Shown one piece after another: positions 1-9,938 of a stretch of DNA of 64,000 bases. The notes under the pieces were generated by a model. The model was given only the letters and a program-made list of their open reading frames with translations, did not search any database and was not told the DNA's origin. Every line of letters starts with the position of its first letter. The stretch's first letter is position 1. This DNA comes from an uncultured bacterium. Lineage in GTDB: Bacteria > Babelota > Babeliae > Babelales > Babelaceae. Position numbers and translations under genes: made by a program. The stretch spans positions 512,001 through 576,000 of the forward strand of contig OY970209.1 in assembly GCA_963713855.1 (NCBI GenBank), written 5' to 3'.

Positions 1-1
1 T

Positions 2-829
2 TACGTTCAACTTGTAAGGGCCGGTGAGGCTTCCGGACGGCTTGAAACGATCTTAGATAGGCTTACAACCTACCTTGAACGAAGGCAAGAAATTGCGCGG
101 CGGGTTAGAAAAGCCGTGAGCTATCCATTATTTCAGCTCGCTTTTATTTTGCTTATAGTTACAGGCTTACTAGCTTTTGTTGTGCCTCGAATTGCAAGTA
201 GTTTTGCAAGCGAGGGGACCGAGCTACCGCTTCCTACCCGTATGCTTATGAGCATTTCCGATTTTATTACGAGCTATTGGTGGGCCATAGTGATTTTATT
301 AGCGCTGGCTTATGGGGCCTATCGTTGGTGGAAGTCAACCTCGTCCGGGGCGCGTACGGTTGATGCTCTTAAGCTCAAAATACCGATAGTGCGTTATTTT
401 GCTAAAATGGGAGCCGTAGTGCAGTTTAGTCGGACGCTTGGCATGCTTATTGAAGGAGGAGTCAATCTGGCCGAGGCGCTTGGCATTGTGAGTAAAATCG
501 TTGATAATAAAGTTTTGGCCGATGTTTTAAATGAGGCACGCGAGAATATTATTAAGCAAGGACGTATTGCAGAGTATCTTAAAAAGACCAACCTGTTTCC
601 TCCCGTTGCCATTTACTTGATAAGCACGGGCGAGCAGAGTGGGCAGCTAGATACGATGCTGTTAACCGTGGCTCAATACTATGAAGCGGAATTGACCGAT
701 TACTCTGATAGTTTGGCAAGTAAGGTAGGCCCACTGCTGACGGTATTTATGGCGCTTTTGGTAGGCTTTATTGTAGTATCTATAATGCTTCCTATTGTGC
801 GTATGGGGCAGGTAGTTGAAGGATTCTAA
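2..829 (+). CDS. gspF: Type II secretion inner-membrane platform protein GspF/PilC (5' end outside window)
   Basis: Frame is open from base 2 (YVQLVRAGEASGRLETILDRL...YP); second repeat has STGEQSGQLDTML and a C-terminal TM helix; precedes pseudopilins. Confidence 0.92.
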   Translation, partial: YVQLVRAGEASGRLETILDRLTTYLERRQEIARRVRKAVSYPLFQLAFILLIVTGLLAFVVPRIASSFASEGTELPLPTRMLMSISDFITSYWWAIVILLALAYGAYRWWKSTSSGARTVDALKLKIPIVRYFAKMGAVVQFSRTLGMLIEGGVNLAEALGIVSKIVDNKVLADVLNEARENIIKQGRIAEYLKKTNLFPPVAIYLISTGEQSGQLDTMLLTVAQYYEAELTDYSDSLASKVGPLLTVFMALLVGFIVVSIMLPIVRMGQVVEGF

Positions 830-857
830 AAATAAGCACGTTTATAGGAGAACTAAT

Positions 858-1280
858 ATGCAAACAGTAAGAACAGCTCGGCGCGGATTCACGCTCATAG
901 AGCTTATGATAGTTATAGCTATTATAGCTATTATCGGTGCTATAGTGGTGCCAAGCGTGACAAGTGCTGTAAGAAAAGCGCGTATAAAAACCACACGTGT
1001 AGGTCTTGAAAACGTTAAGAATGCCATTGAGTCATACCATGCGGATACAGGACAATATCCACCATCATTGAGCGACCTTAAAACAAGGCCATCGGACGAA
1101 AAAGCTGCAAAGTCTTGGGAAGGTCCTTATATAGAAAGAGAGCTTGTCGACGCATGGAAAAATGAGTATGTCTACACGCTTAATCCTAAAGGGACGCAGC
1201 CTCGATATGAGTTGTACTCGTGGGGAGCCAATGGCGAAGGAAGCCCCGCTGAGGAATGGATACATGCCCGAGAAACGTAA
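858..1280 (+). CDS. gspG: Type II secretion major pseudopilin GspG
   Basis: Prepilin motif RGFTLIELMIV, then Y..DTG.YP, W.GPY, D.W.N.Y.Y and LYS.G.NG; GGAG RBS before ATG 858. Confidence 0.93.
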   Translation: MQTVRTARRGFTLIELMIVIAIIAIIGAIVVPSVTSAVRKARIKTTRVGLENVKNAIESYHADTGQYPPSLSDLKTRPSDEKAAKSWEGPYIERELVDAWKNEYVYTLNPKGTQPRYELYSWGANGEGSPAEEWIHARET

Positions 1281-1788
1281 AGGCTTTACTCTTGTTGAAG
1301 TTCTTGTGGCTCTTGTTTTGCTGGCGCTACTAGCGGCAATAGTTATACCTCGCTTGACAAGAAGATCGGTGCCGGTCGAGCAAGAGCTTACTCGAAGACT
1401 CAATGAGCTCACTCGTTTGGGCCAACTTGATGCTTTAACGAGCGGCTCTTTGCATCGTATCCATTTCGATTTAAAAAATAGCCGTGTTCTGATTGAGAAG
1501 GCTTCAAAAAAACGTGATAGTCAGGGACATTTGCAGTTTGAGCCTGTAAGTGTTTCCTATAGCACTACCTCCTTTAAGCTTCCCCTTACTCTGGAGATAG
1601 AAAAGTTTTTCGTAAAGGGTAAAAATTTGTTGACTGGTGGCGAAGGAATAACAACGACTGGCGTATGGTTTTACCTCGTTCCAGAAGGCTTGGCGCAAGA
1701 AGTGACTATCAATATTAGAAACACTCAAAACCAACGTGCGACTGCTCTTTCTATTAACCCTTTTACCGCGCAGTTTAGTAAAATATGA
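1264..1788 (+). CDS. Minor pseudopilin (GspH-like)
   Basis: MPEKRKGFTLVEVL prepilin motif; position after gspG. Confidence 0.8.
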   Translation: MPEKRKGFTLVEVLVALVLLALLAAIVIPRLTRRSVPVEQELTRRLNELTRLGQLDALTSGSLHRIHFDLKNSRVLIEKASKKRDSQGHLQFEPVSVSYSTTSFKLPLTLEIEKFFVKGKNLLTGGEGITTTGVWFYLVPEGLAQEVTINIRNTQNQRATALSINPFTAQFSKI

Positions 1789-2201
1789 TGACGTCCCGTT
1801 CAGGTTTTACGCTTGTTGAAGTTATGATTGCCTTGGCTATAACGGCGCTATCGTTAAGTGCTTTAGCTGGCCTTGAAATTTCGCTTACTCGCTCTACAAC
1901 AAAGGCTTCTGCACGGTTGGCCCGCATGGAGCGCATGTCTTATTTTTGGAACGAGATCAACGCTGAGCTTATACCAAGAGAAAAGCGCGTCAAACGCAGG
2001 TTTGACGAACCCTTGCTTCAGTGTGTCTATGAGCAGCAACAGATTCCAAAAAAATCTTCACTTAAAGATATTAAGGACATTGTTATTGAGCGTATTACGG
2101 GTTCGTGGATCTTTAACGATAAAAAGCGCCAAGAACTATTGATTAGTTTTCGTTATATACCTCAAGAGGAGGATGATGAGACGCGGAATAACGCTCATTG
2201 A
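1785..2201 (+). CDS. Minor pseudopilin (GspI-like)
   Basis: SGFTLVEVMIALAI prepilin motif; ATGA overlap with the previous gene. Confidence 0.8.
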   Translation: MMTSRSGFTLVEVMIALAITALSLSALAGLEISLTRSTTKASARLARMERMSYFWNEINAELIPREKRVKRRFDEPLLQCVYEQQQIPKKSSLKDIKDIVIERITGSWIFNDKKRQELLISFRYIPQEEDDETRNNAH

Positions 2202-3171
2202 TGTATTAATCGCCCTTGCCATAGGAAGCGTATTAACGCTCCTTTTGTATGGGGCTTTGGCTCAAACAAGCCGTGTGGTAAGATTTGTTGATGCTTTAAC
2301 AGGCATAACTACCGATCTTCTCTTTGCCGGAGATCGTTTGAGTAAAGATATTCAAGGGGCTTTTGTTCCTATACAAGGTCAACTGGAAAAATCCTCTGAG
2401 CGTAAAGAAGAGGCTCAAAAGAAAGAGGGTGCTCAAGATGGGGCGCAAAAAGAAAAAACGGATGATAAGCAGAAAAAAGAGCGGATGACGGATGTATTTA
2501 TCGTTAATGACCTTTCTAAGGGCGTACGAAACGCAAAAGTGCTTCTTACCTTTATTTCGAGTAATCCATTGATCGTGTATGGCGAGTCAACACCCCGCGT
2601 TGTTAGAGTGGTGTACATGCTAGAACCCAATAAGGAAGACTCGAATCTTTTTGAACTTATTCGTTACGAATCTCTTGAGCTTCCACTAAAGACTTTTAAA
2701 GAGCACCAGGCTAAAAAATCTGTCAGAGGGTATCCTTTATTAACGCGTATTCGTCAGATTGCTGTTACTGCCATTGCACGAAAGACCGAGTCTGAGGAAG
2801 AAAAAAAAGAAAAAGCAAAAAAACAAGAAACTGACCTAAAGGATAAAAAAGCCAAGGAAGAAAAAAAGAAAAAGGAGCGTAAGCCCCCTGAATGGGAACG
2901 TGTTTCAACTTGGAACGATGAGGAGCGCATTAAAGAGAAAAAAAGTATAGTGCCTGAAAGTATTCTCATAAAAGGAGTAATGCTGGATGAGCGAAAACGT
3001 GAAGTTCCTTTTGAGTTTTTAATGCCAATTGCTGCGGCTCTGGCAACGCCGATAAAAGTGCCTGAAGAAGTAAAACCGGTACAAAAACCGACAGAGGGTA
3101 AAAGTAACGATAAAGAGGGCAAAAATACTCAAGCGAAGGGTATCGTAGAGATGAAAAAGGTGCAGCCATGA
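2173..3171 (+). CDS. Minor pseudopilin (GspJ-like) with Lys/Glu-rich insertions
   Basis: RRGITLIDVLIAL prepilin-like start, RL..DI.GAF segment, operon position. Confidence 0.75.
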   Translation: MMRRGITLIDVLIALAIGSVLTLLLYGALAQTSRVVRFVDALTGITTDLLFAGDRLSKDIQGAFVPIQGQLEKSSERKEEAQKKEGAQDGAQKEKTDDKQKKERMTDVFIVNDLSKGVRNAKVLLTFISSNPLIVYGESTPRVVRVVYMLEPNKEDSNLFELIRYESLELPLKTFKEHQAKKSVRGYPLLTRIRQIAVTAIARKTESEEEKKEKAKKQETDLKDKKAKEEKKKKERKPPEWERVSTWNDEERIKEKKSIVPESILIKGVMLDERKREVPFEFLMPIAAALATPIKVPEEVKPVQKPTEGKSNDKEGKNTQAKGIVEMKKVQP

Positions 3172-4208
3172 AAAGAGGGTACATACTCGTTCTTGCAACC
3201 TTTATTATAGCTTCATGCATACTTTTAATTTCGCTAGTTGTTAATCGTGTTAATGCGTATCGGCACATGAGTGTTGTATGGGGTGATGTTCAAAAAGCGC
3301 GATGCTTGGCCCTTGGTGGTATTGAAATTGCTATGAGCCAGCTTCAACCACTTTATGCAAAAAAGGCCGCTGAAAGTGAGAAAAAAAAGGAAGAAGGAGA
3401 GGCAAAGCCCAAAAAAGTTTCTCAGGAAGAAAAAACGGCCCCGGCCCGCGTGCTTCTTGATGTTCTTAATACGTGGCAGACCTTTACTTTGAAAGAAAAA
3501 AGCGAAGGTATCGATGGCGAGTGCAAGCTCTATATAAGCTCTGAGGAGGGAAAGATCAACCTTAATGGGCTTTATGATTTTAAAAAACGTCAGCTTGCCG
3601 AAAGTTCAAAAAAAATTGCTAGTTTTTTAACGGAAGGGCTACGAAATACGTTTGAAAGGTCTCGCCAAAAACCAGTCTCATTTATGCGAGTGTTTGAAGG
3701 TCTTTTTAAAAATCGCTCAGTGCCCGTCAATGATGCGACAGAACTTGTAACCGTTCCCGTGCTCCATGGTGTGTCAGAGACTCTATTTGAAGCACCTGAC
3801 TATAAAGGTATTGTCATAACCGATCTTTTTACCATTTTTACTCCGACAGCGACAATAAACCCCCTTCTTATTTCTAAAAGCCTAGGCCAAGCAACTGGGT
3901 TGGCGCCCTCCAAAAATAGAGATTCCAAAGTACTTGAAGAGCTTTCTAGTCTCATACAATCTCCAAATATAAACTGGGAAGATGCTTGGAATAAGGTTTT
4001 AGCAAAAGTCTATGGAAAGGAATATCGTGCTTTACCGGAGACTTTCAAAAATGTCTTTTCTGCCCGATTTGAGGCAAATCTCTTTTCTGTGGTATCCTAT
4101 GGCAAGGTGGGCTCGATTACTCAGAAAGTATGTGCTATTATAGAAAAAAATCGGGACTTATCTGAAAGTGGCCCTCCGTTTATTTGCAAACGGCTGTATT
4201 GGATATAA
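3168..4208 (+). CDS. gspK: Type II secretion pseudopilin GspK
   Basis: KRGYILVL N-terminus, A.CLA.GGIE.A, EEGKINLN and INP motifs typical of GspK. Confidence 0.82.
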   Translation: MKRGYILVLATFIIASCILLISLVVNRVNAYRHMSVVWGDVQKARCLALGGIEIAMSQLQPLYAKKAAESEKKKEEGEAKPKKVSQEEKTAPARVLLDVLNTWQTFTLKEKSEGIDGECKLYISSEEGKINLNGLYDFKKRQLAESSKKIASFLTEGLRNTFERSRQKPVSFMRVFEGLFKNRSVPVNDATELVTVPVLHGVSETLFEAPDYKGIVITDLFTIFTPTATINPLLISKSLGQATGLAPSKNRDSKVLEELSSLIQSPNINWEDAWNKVLAKVYGKEYRALPETFKNVFSARFEANLFSVVSYGKVGSITQKVCAIIEKNRDLSESGPPFICKRLYWI

Positions 4209-4243
4209 ACTATTGCAGCTATATTTACTGTGAGATCTTTAAC

Positions 4244-5659
4244 GTGAAAATAGAGACGGCCGTTGGTCTTTTTGTAGCTTTCGTGCTTGTTACCTTTTTT
4301 TATATGACTTCTCGTGTTGGGTTTTTCAACCTTGATAAGAGTAAGTACGCATTTTATACCGTGTGCTTTAATGATGCTTGTGGCCTTGAGCGCAAGGCGG
4401 ATGTTAAAATGTTTGGTATTAAGGTAGGGCGAGTAGAATCGCTAACACTAAAGCCAGAAATTCATCAGGTGTGGGCTGACATTATGGTTCAAAAAGAGTG
4501 TCTTTTATATACTGATGCTGCATCCATGATTAAGCAGGATGGTCTTCTTGGCAATAAATATTTGGAGCTTATTCCCGGAAATCCACAAAATCCGCTTTTT
4601 GACCCGTCCAATGATACTATTAAGGTATTGGGTGAAGCTGGGTCTTTTGATTCTCTCATAGCAGATGTAAGGGGCACTTCCGGTCAATTTAGTCAGGTAG
4701 CCTCGTCGATGCAAGATTTTTGTACAAACGATAATGCCTCCTTAATGAGGCAGGCGCTTGAGCAATTAAGCGAAACGTCGCGAAATTTGGCGGCATTAGC
4801 ACAATCCATTCAAGGACTTGTTGCTCGCAATGAACAAGTATTGCAAGCGACGCTAGAGGACACGCATAATCTCGTTAAAAGTTTGACTAAAGATGTCCCG
4901 CAAGCTGCTCAAAAATGTGCTTTAGCAAGTGACCACATTGAAAATGTTGCTCGAAAAATTAATGAGGGGCAAGGAATTATCGGTCAGTTGGTCAACGATA
5001 CCTGCCTGCGTTCCGATTTTAATCAAGCGGTCTGCTCTGTTAAAAACACGCTTTCTACCTTAAGCAACTTGGTATTTGTCAATGATACCCACGTAGAATC
5101 TATGCTTGGTCCTGTTGAGCACACGGGCTTTAATGATTTTAAGACGTATTTAGATTTTAGGCTCTACCCTACCCCAGAATATTTCTATTTAGGAGGTCTT
5201 GTTGGTCGGCGTTCAGGAAAAATTGAACGTGATTGGCACTCATTTAGAGAAGGTGATACCGACGCTATAGGTTTTAAGCGTGAAACTATTCGTCGATTAG
5301 ATCACTGGCTGTGGAACTTGCAGTTTGGGAGAATGACATGCAGGTGGGGAGTTCGTGGTGGTCTTTTTGAAAGTACCTTAGGGTTAGGGCTTGATCTTTC
5401 AATTCCAATGCCTACGGATAAGCTTCATTGGCTTACTACGTTTGAGGCTTATGACTTTAGAGGCCGTCTTCGCATAGATGATCATAATCCACACCTTAAA
5501 TGGATGAATAGGTTATTTTTGAATAAGAACATTTATTTTGTCTTTGGTGTAGATGATTTTATAAGCAAACATAATAGAAATGCTTTTTTAGGTGCAGGTA
5601 TTTGGTTTGATGATGAGGATATACGCTCGTTCTTTTCACCGTCCCGGGCTTGCTCATGA
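4244..5659 (+). CDS. MCE/MlaD family protein with helical region and beta-rich C-terminal domain
   Basis: N-terminal TM (ETAVGLFV), F.DA.GL...ADVK..GIKVGRV and GLLGNKYLELIPG MCE motifs; GTG start chosen by alignment logic. Confidence 0.88.
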   Translation: MKIETAVGLFVAFVLVTFFYMTSRVGFFNLDKSKYAFYTVCFNDACGLERKADVKMFGIKVGRVESLTLKPEIHQVWADIMVQKECLLYTDAASMIKQDGLLGNKYLELIPGNPQNPLFDPSNDTIKVLGEAGSFDSLIADVRGTSGQFSQVASSMQDFCTNDNASLMRQALEQLSETSRNLAALAQSIQGLVARNEQVLQATLEDTHNLVKSLTKDVPQAAQKCALASDHIENVARKINEGQGIIGQLVNDTCLRSDFNQAVCSVKNTLSTLSNLVFVNDTHVESMLGPVEHTGFNDFKTYLDFRLYPTPEYFYLGGLVGRRSGKIERDWHSFREGDTDAIGFKRETIRRLDHWLWNLQFGRMTCRWGVRGGLFESTLGLGLDLSIPMPTDKLHWLTTFEAYDFRGRLRIDDHNPHLKWMNRLFLNKNIYFVFGVDDFISKHNRNAFLGAGIWFDDEDIRSFFSPSRACS

Positions 5660-5784
5660 TTGATGAACAACCAAAAGAGCTTTTGAGAGCGTTGACCTAT
5701 TTTAGGGGCTCTGAATTCAAAACCTCTGCATAGGGCATGTTCCTGCATTAGTGCCCATCTTTCATGTTTGTCGTAAGCGTGTTT

Positions 5785-6225
5785 TCATGAGTCGCTGATT
5801 TTGATATATCCCTCTTGAACTAGTTGGATTGTCCGCGCCATGGCATCAGTATTCACTTTGATTGAGGGTAGAAGGTCTGTGTTTACCCATTTGTGGGCTG
5901 ACGCAGTTGCGCCGCACAGTTCGATCCGCACCCCGCTTTTAATAAGATCAGCGACGAGTCCTTTGTATGGATTGCCGGTCGTGATGCCGCGTTCGCTGTT
6001 GTATGAGGTGTCGTTTAGCGTCACATGGCCCGCATTTGTGTGAAAAACCGCTACAATATCCGACTTCGCGTTCCAGTGATAGCTGTCTTTCACTATGAGA
6101 TTGAGATGGAAAATTGATGCTGGTAAGTCCCCTTCAAAAGAAAGTGCACTGATGCTGAATACTGCTTTGACCTGCGATAATTTAACCGTAACATCAATAT
6201 GAAGCGTCTTTGCCGATGCGGTCAT
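5785..6225 (-). CDS. DsrE family protein
   Basis: VAVFH..AG, L...GV.IELCG, DLLP.IKV, LVQEGY pattern. Confidence 0.75.
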   Translation of the reverse strand: MTASAKTLHIDVTVKLSQVKAVFSISALSFEGDLPASIFHLNLIVKDSYHWNAKSDIVAVFHTNAGHVTLNDTSYNSERGITTGNPYKGLVADLIKSGVRIELCGATASAHKWVNTDLLPSIKVNTDAMARTIQLVQEGYIKISDS

Positions 6226-6254
6226 GTTGACCCTTTTTTGTTGATAAATCGCGG

Positions 6255-6905
6255 TCATTTGGCCATGCACGCGACGGCCTCTTCTGTCGAGAGCACTGCG
6301 TGCGCTAGGTATCGGTAGTTGATGAGGGCCGCCTGGTAGCCATCACCCCACTCTTTATTGCGAGGTCCAGCTACCGCATCTTTGACGACAGCTATTTGAA
6401 ACCCTTGCTCAAGAAATTCGCGTAGGTGTGACTCGACGCACATGTTTGCAAGCATGCCGCCAAGGATGATCTTGCCTATCTCTCTCTTTCTTAGCTGTAG
6501 AACTAGGTCATTGGTCTGTGGTCCGAATACTTTGTGCGGACTAACAACGATAGTCTTACCGTTTTCGATGTACGGTTTAAAACGCTCCAGCCAGTCTGCC
6601 CCTGAATTTTTGAATCCTGTCAGATCCAGTGGTCCCCTGCGCGCAAAAGTACGCGTTTTAAGTTCTTCAGCTTCGAGCGGCCCGTTTATTTTCCACCCAT
6701 CATCAGTTGGATAGAAATAGTGGGGTGAGATGAACACATGATAGTTATCCGCATTCGCGGCCTTGAAAAGTCGGTCTAGGTTTGCTACCGTGTGATTCTC
6801 AGTGACGCTGGCACCAACAAGGCCCCAACTTGCACCCTTCTCATTTAAAAAATCATTTTGTGGATCGATTATAACAACAGCGGTATCACGTGTATTGAAC
6901 TTCAT
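6255..6905 (-). CDS. Isochorismatase-like cysteine hydrolase
   Basis: IIDPQNDFL, HK, GMLANMCVESH, VVKDA motifs (Asp-Lys-Cys triad). Confidence 0.92.
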   Translation of the reverse strand: MKFNTRDTAVVIIDPQNDFLNEKGASWGLVGASVTENHTVANLDRLFKAANADNYHVFISPHYFYPTDDGWKINGPLEAEELKTRTFARRGPLDLTGFKNSGADWLERFKPYIENGKTIVVSPHKVFGPQTNDLVLQLRKREIGKIILGGMLANMCVESHLREFLEQGFQIAVVKDAVAGPRNKEWGDGYQAALINYRYLAHAVLSTEEAVACMAK

Positions 6906-7079
6906 TCTTCAAACTCTCATCCTTTTGATTTTCCATAAAATATGATGCCTTATCCATTCAGGTCAAGACTTTGGTTTTAAATGTAGGGAGCAGCATAAAA
7001 AAACGGGAGAAATCCGCCTGTTTTTTCCTAAAGAAGCCTTCAATTCTTTGAAAACCTATGCATATTTTTTATATAATAT

Positions 7080-7421
7080 TTGTATAATACGAATATTGAT
7101 ATGGGAAAGCTTGTAGAAACTGATGAACTTGTAATCAATCCGATTATTTATTCAGAAGTCTCTATAGGTTTTACTAATATCGAAGATTTAGAAGAGGTAC
7201 TTACACCGGATATTTTTTTGCGGGAAAATTTACCTTGGGAAGCAGCCTTCCTGGCTGGTAAGTGTTTTTTAAACTACAGAAAGAAAGCAGGTATAAAAAC
7301 TTCGCCACTTCCGGATTTTTATATAGGAGCTCATGCTTCTATAACGAATAGAGCTTTACTTACTAGAGATGGTAGAAGGTATCGCAGCTATTTTCCCAGG
7401 CTAAAGATTATTTGTCCTTAG
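7080..7421 (+). pseudogene. 5'-truncated PIN-domain VapC-like toxin, no antitoxin nearby
   Basis: INPIIYSEVS, PLPDFYIGAHA, LLTRD.RRY..YFP; the N-terminal LVD(S/T)N strand is missing. Confidence 0.75.
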
Positions 7422-7535
7422 AGTAAATTGTCTTGTAAAAGCTCGTATGTTTGAAGCCCCTCTTTTCTGGGTCATGAAGTGCTAGCGGTTAAAGTATAGA
7501 AAAGCAAAAATGTTGCTGATGAGCGGTACGTTAAG

Positions 7536-7572
7536 AGAAGGCAGAGATGGTATTTATCCCGCTCTGCCTTCT
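7536..7572. terminator. Hairpin terminator between convergent genes
   Basis: AGAAGGCAGAG / CTCTGCCTTCT inverted repeat. Confidence 0.6.
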
Positions 7573-7591
7573 TCTTTGATGTTTTTAATTC

Positions 7592-8734
7592 CTATTTTAT
7601 GAAAAGCTTTGAGAATGCTTGAGTAATGATGCTATTGCAAATCAAGGTGGAGGAACTGCTGCTTCCAGTTGTAGAACATATTCCTTGAAGAGAGAATACT
7701 GTTACATTACTTAAACCTGCATCTGCAATAGCTAAATAAAGACTATCGGGTGAAAAAACAGCTGCATACGGCGAAGAGGAAGAAGCTAGCGAATATACTG
7801 TAGGATTACTAAGGACACTTCCTGTTCCAACAGTAAATACCGTTACATCTTTCGTGGTTGTGTCAGCTATACCGAGATATGCCCCATTTGGTGAGAATGC
7901 TAACGAGAACCCTGAAAATGCTGGAGAAGGGATTGCGTAAGTCACTGGGTTGCTAAGAACTCCTCCAGTAGCAACAGAATATACGACTACGGTGTTGCTC
8001 AAGACAGCTAGATGCAAGCCATCAGGCGAAAATGCTAGTGAGAATGCGCCAAAATTATTTGAAGGTAAATTATAAGAAGTAGCTGCGCTGAGTACTCCCG
8101 AATTTACTTGAAATATGGTTACTGTGTTAGACCCGGTCGTTCCATTATTTTCGGTAGCAACAGCTAGGTATAAACCATTTGGAGAAAAGGCCATGCCACC
8201 GGGAGACATGGCTCCTCCTGGTAGTGCGTAGTTAGTTCCAGCGCTTAGTGCCGTACCTGATACAGGAAATATTGTTACGTTATTGGTAAAGTAATTACCA
8301 GTTGCTACATATTTACTGTCTGGAGAAACCGCTATTAACGATGGCTCTGTAGCGCCAGTTGGCAAAGGTGTCGAAGTGCCGCTATTTAAAACGCCATTTG
8401 TCACGGTAAATAAAGTCACGTCATTGCTGGCGTTACCGCTTACTAAGAAAGAACCGTCTGGAGAAAAAGCGACAGAAGAAGATAGCAGAGAATTACCCGG
8501 AAGCGGATAGTTAATACCATTACTAAGTACTCCATTAGTCACGTTAAATACGGTAACGTTCTTGTCGCTATTTCCTGTATTTGCTGTAGCAAGATAGGCC
8601 CCGCTTGGTGAAAATGCAGCATCATGGGGCATTGATGCTCCGGTTGGCAAAGAGTATGAAGCTGAACAAACGGCGTTATTTTTTAAACACGTTCCGAAAG
8701 CTGCTATTGCGCTCAATAAAAAAATAATCTTCAT
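7592..8734 (-). CDS. Secreted seven-bladed beta-propeller (lactonase/WD40-like repeats)
   Basis: Signal peptide, then seven repeats of (A/V)FSP.G.YLA....NVTVF.V..GVLS...Y.LP. Confidence 0.85.
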   Translation of the reverse strand: MKIIFLLSAIAAFGTCLKNNAVCSASYSLPTGASMPHDAAFSPSGAYLATANTGNSDKNVTVFNVTNGVLSNGINYPLPGNSLLSSSVAFSPDGSFLVSGNASNDVTLFTVTNGVLNSGTSTPLPTGATEPSLIAVSPDSKYVATGNYFTNNVTIFPVSGTALSAGTNYALPGGAMSPGGMAFSPNGLYLAVATENNGTTGSNTVTIFQVNSGVLSAATSYNLPSNNFGAFSLAFSPDGLHLAVLSNTVVVYSVATGGVLSNPVTYAIPSPAFSGFSLAFSPNGAYLGIADTTTKDVTVFTVGTGSVLSNPTVYSLASSSSPYAAVFSPDSLYLAIADAGLSNVTVFSLQGICSTTGSSSSSTLICNSIITQAFSKLFIK

Positions 8735-8875
8735 GTATACTTCCTTTTTTGCTTGTTAAGACTCTTTTCTCAAAAGCTATCAAAATTTTACTGGACGTCA
8801 ATGTGCGATAGCTCTGGAAATGATGAAATTAACAAATCAATAAAGGCCTTGAGCTTGATTGTTCATTGGTCATAA

Positions 8876-9775
8876 TTAGGGAAGTTGATCTTTGAAAGTA
8901 CATTCCTGAGGCCGTTTATCTTTTCTCAAACGTAAAAAAACGGGTGCTCTCAAAATGCCATAGGGTGTCATCTCCAGGTACTTAATCTCGGCTACAAGTT
9001 TAGGTTGCACCCATATACTTGCTTTTGGAGCGACTGCTTTATTCTGTAGAGGAAGATCTTCAACAATGAGTTTTTTAAGCTGTGTTAATAACTCATCAAT
9101 CATATGGTAGGTAAATCCTGTGCCAACATTGCCTATATAAGTTAAATTGCCAGCTTCATTATATAAGCCGAGTGCTAGTGACGAAAGAGCACGTTTTCCA
9201 GGAAGGTAGCCAACTATAACACAATCGATAGTGTTTAAAAGCTTAATTTTTATCCATTGAGCTGTCCGCTGGCCTTCATAATAAAGCCCGTCAACTCTTT
9301 TTGCCATAACCCCTTCTAGTTTTCTTTTTTGTATCTCTTTCCATAATGCTTGACCCTGCGTTGTATAGAAGATTTTCTCAATACCTTGCCCATCATTAAC
9401 GGTTGAGGCTAAAATCTCTTTGCGCTTTAGTAAAGGCTCATTGGTGATCGATTTTCCGTTCTTCATGAGGATATCGAATACGATGTACGATGCTTTATAG
9501 CCTTGCTGTAAAAGAGTAAAGCTTGGGTTTCCTTCTGTATCAAAAGCTACAATCTCACCATCAAGCACGGCTGATTGTGCTTTGATGTTTTTAGGAAAGT
9601 GTAATTCAGGATAAGTGTCCGTCAGATCGTTATTATTTCTTGAGATAAACTTCAATTTGCCGTGCTCTAAAACGCATAAAGCGCGGTAACCGTCTAATTT
9701 GGGCTCATAGATATAGCCCTTCATGTCTAAATAGTCGGTATTTCCTATTATTGCGTTCATTACTCGAAAGTTCAC
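8876..9775 (-). CDS. ligD: ATP-dependent DNA ligase, LigD ligase domain only
   Basis: YEPKLDGYR, LDGEIV, FDIL, EGVMAKR, WIKIK, GNVGTGF, LRAPVFLRLRKDK; no polymerase or phosphoesterase domain. Confidence 0.9.
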   Translation of the reverse strand: MNFRVMNAIIGNTDYLDMKGYIYEPKLDGYRALCVLEHGKLKFISRNNNDLTDTYPELHFPKNIKAQSAVLDGEIVAFDTEGNPSFTLLQQGYKASYIVFDILMKNGKSITNEPLLKRKEILASTVNDGQGIEKIFYTTQGQALWKEIQKRKLEGVMAKRVDGLYYEGQRTAQWIKIKLLNTIDCVIVGYLPGKRALSSLALGLYNEAGNLTYIGNVGTGFTYHMIDELLTQLKKLIVEDLPLQNKAVAPKASIWVQPKLVAEIKYLEMTPYGILRAPVFLRLRKDKRPQECTFKDQLP

Positions 9776-9878
9776 GAAGTACCCTCTTTTAGCTTGGTAT
9801 AGATGAGCTTAACAGTTGCTTAAAATTGATTGCAAGAAGAGCTCGTAAGTTCCAGTATAAGCTTGAACAATAAGCAGT

Positions 9879-9906
9879 TTGCATTATAAAAAAGAAACTT
9901 TATAAT
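9879..9906 (+). promoter_or_regulatory. Candidate sigma70 promoter for umuD
   Basis: TTGCAT-N16-TATAAT. Confidence 0.5.
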
Positions 9907-9938
9907 AACTATTAAGTAATTAGTGCTTGGATGCAAAA

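Noticed and set aside
9776..9938. LexA/SOS box in the ligD-umuD spacer
   Set aside because: No CTGT-N8-ACAG or GAAC-N4-GTTC seen; only a weak AAGTA-N5-TGCTT palindrome
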